DNA from: Macrostomum lignano
Taxonomy: Eukaryota
NCBI GenBank assembly: GCA_002269645.1
Contig: NIVC01000928.1
Span: 62,001 to 126,000 of the forward strand
Reading direction: 5' to 3'
Length of the DNA stretch: 64,000 nucleotides
Both the position numbers and the translations under genes were made by a program. Positions 59,042 to 64,000 of the stretch are shown here, in pieces (the first letter of the stretch is position 1; every line of letters begins with the position of its first letter). The notes beneath the pieces were generated by a model. It made no database searches. It saw nothing but the letters and a program-made list of their open reading frames with translations, and was not told the origin of the DNA.

Positions 59042-60000
59042 CCAGGGATCATAAACTGTTCTCTTAGATTGCACGTTAAAATTCTGAACAAAACTAACTA
59101 TTGGAAGCATGCAAGAAGACAGACTTTTGTGGAAATTTCAATTTAAAATTTTGTTGTTTTGATCTACCATAAATTTAGTAGCTTTACTGTATCGCCCCAA
59201 CCCCTCAAGGTAATATGACTCCGTGCACGTGTGTGTAAAAATAGACATGTAAATGCATATACCTTTTGATACTTTTTGCAGTAAAACGTGTGTTATGCAA
59301 AACAAAAACAAAATTTTATTTTTTAATCTCCATTCCCTGATCTCAGTTATTGTTTGTGAAGTTTACATGTAGAGGGTTATACTACAATTTTTTGTATTTT
59401 TAGGATGAAAGCATAACACTATGGAAACGATGCTTTGTACTAAAAGTAGTTCGGACAGACAGTAGAAATAGATTTTCAAACGTTTTAATATATATAAAAA
59501 TATTATCCAGTGCAGAAGTACAATTTTTCGAAATAAACTTTCCTCTGGAACTCTTTTATGATTCCCGCGTGACAGAAGATAAGTCAGCTGCAGCTATGTG
59601 AGCTGAAGCTGCAAGCGATTCCTACTAAATTATTGATTATATTGGAATCGGCCGTTTCGTTGCAACCATAAAAATATTATTAAGCTACTACAGTGGGATA
59701 TAAAAGCATATACGAGTATTGTTATAGTCGTCTAAGACGCAATTTGTTCAGCAAGCAATTCCTAAGCAATATTCGATCACAAGCAAGCTAGCTTTTCCTT
59801 CATGGATCCATGAATCGTGCAGAATGAAAATTCATCATTCATCTTTTTTCGAAATTAGAGATGCAAGGACAACCAAAGCAACGCACCGACAGGACGCGTC
59901 ACGCGACACTCATATTTCATGGAAAAAAATTGTGACATTATTTGGAAAATTATATTGGCCCTTCAAATAAAACATTTTCATAGATTTCGAGTGTTGCGTC

Positions 60001-61749
60001 TGTCGTAGTTTGAACACAGCTGTCGGCAGAGTTTATTTAAGCATAGAAAATTATTATAACATAAGTGAGAGGCTGAGAACGAAAGCTTAAGAACATATAG
60101 CTGGTTGCTACCATAGACATAACGAGGATATGGGTAAAGTGGGTAGGACAGTCAAACAAACAAACTTTAAGAACTAGCTAGTAAACTTCGAAAAGTCAGT
60201 GATCACGCGATCACGGTTTACTCAGTCTGAGCCTACGGCACAAGGCGATTTGGGGGATTCCTCACCCTAGTGCTTCTTCTTGTCGGAGCGATCTCTGGGG
60301 GAATCTCAGGCATATTAGTTTGTGGTTGTTGGTGAACTTCCTCTTCTTCCTCATCGACTTCAGAGGCAGGAGCCAGCGGGCCGAATTGATTGTTTGAAGC
60401 CAGGTGTAGTTTGGCGCCCGTCAGTAGCCAAGAGGTGTTGTGCCCTTGCGACATCAGGAACTCAGCTCGAGAGCTGGTGGTGTCGCCGTTGGCCTTGAAC
60501 TGCACCGGGTCGCCCTGCTGGAAGGTGGAGACCACCGAAACCCGAAGTCGCCGTCCTAGCACGAGCTCGGCAGGCGTTCGTCCGCGTGAAGTTGAAGAAT
60601 TGCGATGATGCAGCAGAGCCTTCTGCAAATAAGCGATAAAGCTGCCATGTGTTAGACGCTGTGTCCATGCCTGCAAGGCCTTCTTGATAGTCTGAACGGC
60701 TCGCTCAGCTGCACCATTAGATTGAGGGGAATATGGAGGGCTCTCCATCTTACGAGCACCGTTCTTTTCCAACCAGGCCAATAGTGGAGCTGAGGTGAAC
60801 TCCGCTGCGTTGTCCGAAACAACCAGCAGCTCCGGAACGCCAAAGCGAGTAAAAACCGTTCGCAGCGAGTTGATGATGCTGTCTGCTGATCTGTCCTTTG
60901 CGGGGAAAGCTTCTATCCAGCCCGAGTATGCATCAACCACGATGAGAATGTTGCCGACGGCTGGTACAAAAGCCCAGTCCATGTGCACTCTTTGAAATGG
61001 AGCGGTGGCAGGTGGCCAAGTGTCCCGAGTTTTTTGTAGACGAGGTCTTAACTGAGTGCACGCCTGGCATTGATGAACGAATTGCTCCACGTCCCTCTGC
61101 ATACCGGGCCACCAACAGGTCTGTGCAAGCAACTTGTGCGCTGCGTTGGAACCCGTATGAGTGTCGTGCACTGCGTCGAAGACCTCGTCTGAGCCTTGGT
61201 GGAATGAATGCTCGGCGGCGCATGTAGATCAGGCCATTCTCTAAGGTCAGGCATTCCGCGACTTTCTTAAAGGCTGCCTCTGCTTGTGTGCAGTCTCGCC
61301 AGTCACCCGACCGAATGCGGCGAACTATTCGTTGAAGGAGTCTGTCTGACTCAATTTCGGACGTAAAGTCGGTACACGTCTGATGCTCATCTCTGGCCTG
61401 CAGAACCCAGAAGATCAACGACGCATTCTGGGAGCCATGCAAACGAAAGACTTGAAGATCACCGAAATCGTGGATATAGCCAGGACTATCGAACAAGTGT
61501 CGAAGTTCGTAGACAGCAGCGATCTTCGAAACGCTGACACAGAGAGCCTACCCAAGAAGGACACTCCATCAACTTCGCAGGGAAGGGAGCTCGGCAGCAT
61601 CGAGGCGGTAGCGTGACCATGTCCGATGAACGGCACATAGGCGACTGCAAGTTTTGTGGCAGATCTCACCCAGCTGGCAAATGCCCGGCTTACGGCAAGA
61701 CATGCAATAAATGCAACAACGCTAGCTCTAGCTAGCAGCTACTACAACA
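60001..61749 (-). mobile_element. Internally deleted and inverted Ty3/Gypsy LTR retrotransposon (1749 bp), TG...CA ends, 5-bp TSD GCGTC
   Basis: Ends TGTCGTAG and CTACAACA; TSD at 59996-60000 and 61750-61754. Integrase on the minus strand; gag fragment with CCHC knuckle (CKFCGRSHPAGKCPAYGKTCNKC) on the plus strand. No protease, RT or RNase H. Confidence 0.88.
60233..61380 (-). pseudogene. Gypsy pol remnant: RNaseH-integrase linker plus integrase (frameshift at ~61185; 312 uninterrupted codons 61171-60233)
   Basis: HDTH...WWPGM...CQAC zinc finger, VHMDW, IVVDAYSGW, VSDNAAEFTS, SPQSNGAAER (D-D-E). Confidence 0.9.
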
Positions 61750-62727
61750 GCGTCCTTCTACTTTAATAGTTTCAAGGACCGCAGGAATATGTAGTCTAGT
61801 AGTCCTTGAGTAGTTCTAGTTCTAGTAGAGATGGAGTTGGAGTCGGAAAACGGGTGGATCATTCATTCTTTATTTTAAACAAAAGAACAATAGGAACGAG
61901 ATAAATGCATAAATTTAGCTGAAAAATAAATGTAATTTAAAAAGCAATAGTTTTTATCATTTGGTTAATTAAATTCTAGACATATACGGTTAGCCTTGCC
62001 TTTGTTGGCAATGAAAATTTGTTTATCTTTGATGCATCTAGAGTTAAAATTTAAAGTCGGTTGCATTGCGTGCCAGTACAGACAATTCAGACTGGAGACA
62101 ATTTTGTCTATGGCTAAACCTGCGTCGGTGGCAGAATGCTTTGAACTGGGGTTTGTTTCTATTGATTTTCTGTAAGCGTTGCCCCAGTCTGAATTGTCTG
62201 AATTGAATTTCTGCTAGTTTTTTTAGAACTGGACTTTGGTCAAAATTAGAGGTGAAAAGGTGTAATATTATAATATATTAAGCCTATTGAGCCTATTTTT
62301 AGGGATTACAGTCATTTCGGTGACAAGACGTTTTAGTGACAAGCAAGTCATTTTGGTGACAAGAAAAATCCCTTTGGTGATGTCCATTTTGTTTTTCAAC
62401 AGTAAATTACCTTGCAACTCTTAAGGGATATCAAACCCTAACTTTTTAATAATTTTCTGAAATGGTTAAGTAATTAGCTAATTGCTTAACTACTAATTGC
62501 TTAATTATTGCTTATTGCTTATTATTATTAGACCTTAATCATATGAAAATAGAATGAAGTGGGCCTAAGCATTTAAAAAATATATTTATAGATCAAATTA
62601 GGTCTAACTCTAAGGCTAAGCCTAAGCCTAAGGTTTAGTTTAATCACAATAATTTTTTTAAATCAGTTTTTAAGCTAAGGTGTGCCTTTTATTAGTCTAG
62701 GTTAAGGCTAGTCTATACCTACCATAG

Positions 62728-63258
62728 GGGTGCCAGTCATTTCGTCTACTGACAGTTTGTCTGCTGAGCAGACGAAAAGTTTTCTCTTTTTGGGGTGGGA
62801 AGCTGCCCAACCCGCAACTTCTTTATTCATTAACATTGTTAAACTGCTGTAGGGATGGTTGATCTCTTCAAAATGAATATCTTCAAAATATGTCATGTGT
62901 GGATTATAGTGCCTACTGGAAATTTTGTCAATTTAAATAATTTTGAATAACTATTCGCCGATATTTTATCTTTTTCAAATTTTTAGCAGTTTCCTTTACT
63001 GTTTTAAGTTAGGCCTAAACTTTCTTATTTTAAGTGATTGTAAAATAGTTTGTTAAAATTATAAAAGACCAGGCTATATGCAGCACTGTATAACAATGTT
63101 AATGGACAAAGGCAGCTCCCCTAGTCCCTCAGCTCCCTAGCCCCCTACCCCTACTCTTTATCCCCACCCCATTTCCCAGCAAACAAACAGTTTTAGAAGG
63201 AAATGGTGTTTCATCTACTCAGCAGATGAACTGTCAGCAGACAAATGAACTAGAAACC
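62728..63258. mobile_element. MULE-like MITE (531 bp), 9-bp TSD CTACCATAG
   Basis: ~40-bp imperfect TIR GGGTGCCAGTCATTTCGTCTACTGACAGTTTGTCTGCTGAG; TSD at 62719-62727 and 63259-63267. Confidence 0.8.
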
Positions 63259-64000
63259 CTACCATAGCTACACAAAGCTACATGATTGCACTAGGCCTAA
63301 CATAAATTTTATATTAGGCCTATTAGTAGGAGCTAGTAGGGTTAGGCCTACCTATGACTATATTTAATATATATTATGAAATAAAGGTTGGACAGGATTG
63401 AAATCTTTGGGCAAGATTTGGATTGGGAATAATTTTTTTTTAGGATTGGGATTCGGGAATTGGGATCAATACTTTTAATATATTGTAGCTCGTAGGTCTA
63501 TATAAAGTTAAACAAAATTGAGCAAAAATGTCAAGATCAAAAATTAAAATATGTTGTAGGGCTCTTTTATTATTCTTAAAGTTCTATTTTTGCTACTAAT
63601 GTTGTCAAAGGCTTACTTCTGCAGGTCTATTAAGTTTCTAATGTTGGTAGCTGCTACCAAGACTATTCTATTAATAAATTATGAGTTTATTAACCTTATA
63701 ATAAGTCTTGTAAGAAGCGTGAATGTTTTTGCTGTTGTGTGGTTGTTATTGGGTCGGAGTTATTCATCTGCAAATAATCGCGATGTACATTGATTGGTGT
63801 ACATTGCAAATATATAAATCGTTGCGCGTGGCTTTAGCCACTTCGTGTGTTTTTGGTCTCGCTTAACTCTCGCCTTCTCTCAGTTTACATTGGTGGCAGC
63901 GGCCTCAGTTGCAAACCGGCTCACTCATGGCGCACGCAAATGCACTTTTACCGCCAAAGTTTTCTGGCTCAGACGATACTGATATCAACATGTGGCTGCA

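Overview
Repeat-rich eukaryotic (invertebrate animal) genomic DNA. The GC/CAG-rich exons, GT-AG introns, TTAGGG repeats and dense minisatellites resemble a flatworm such as Macrostomum, but the species is only inferred. The left half holds a cluster of three RNA-processing genes whose exon structures I reconstructed by hand from splice sites and codon phase. (1) An ADAR2-type A-to-I deaminase on the minus strand: two dsRBDs at 15.4-16.1 kb joined across a 14.55-kb intron to the CHAE deaminase exon at 419-818; the gene continues off the left edge. (2) An hnRNP R/Q (SYNCRIP)-like gene on the minus strand, 5 exons, 17929-30511. (3) CPSF6 on the plus strand, 2 exons, 30945-40695, head-to-head with hnRNP R (433 bp between the start codons). 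The right half holds a WSC-domain relic interrupted by a CACTA-like element, a fibrinogen-related gene, a PH-domain kinase with a stop codon in its HRD motif, an intact CYP2-clan P450 and a rearranged 1.75-kb mini-Gypsy. Introns and intergenic DNA are filled with Helitron-like head-to-tail arrays, nested MITEs and a decayed 5.3-kb hAT-like transposon with a 7-bp TSD. The best leads are a Spindlin-like Tudor domain on that transposase next to a bidirectional promoter, a ~250-bp fold-back in the ADAR intron (possible self-editing substrate), and a Gypsy derivative reduced to integrase plus att ends. All alignments are by eye with no database searches. Frameshifts and stops could partly be assembly errors.
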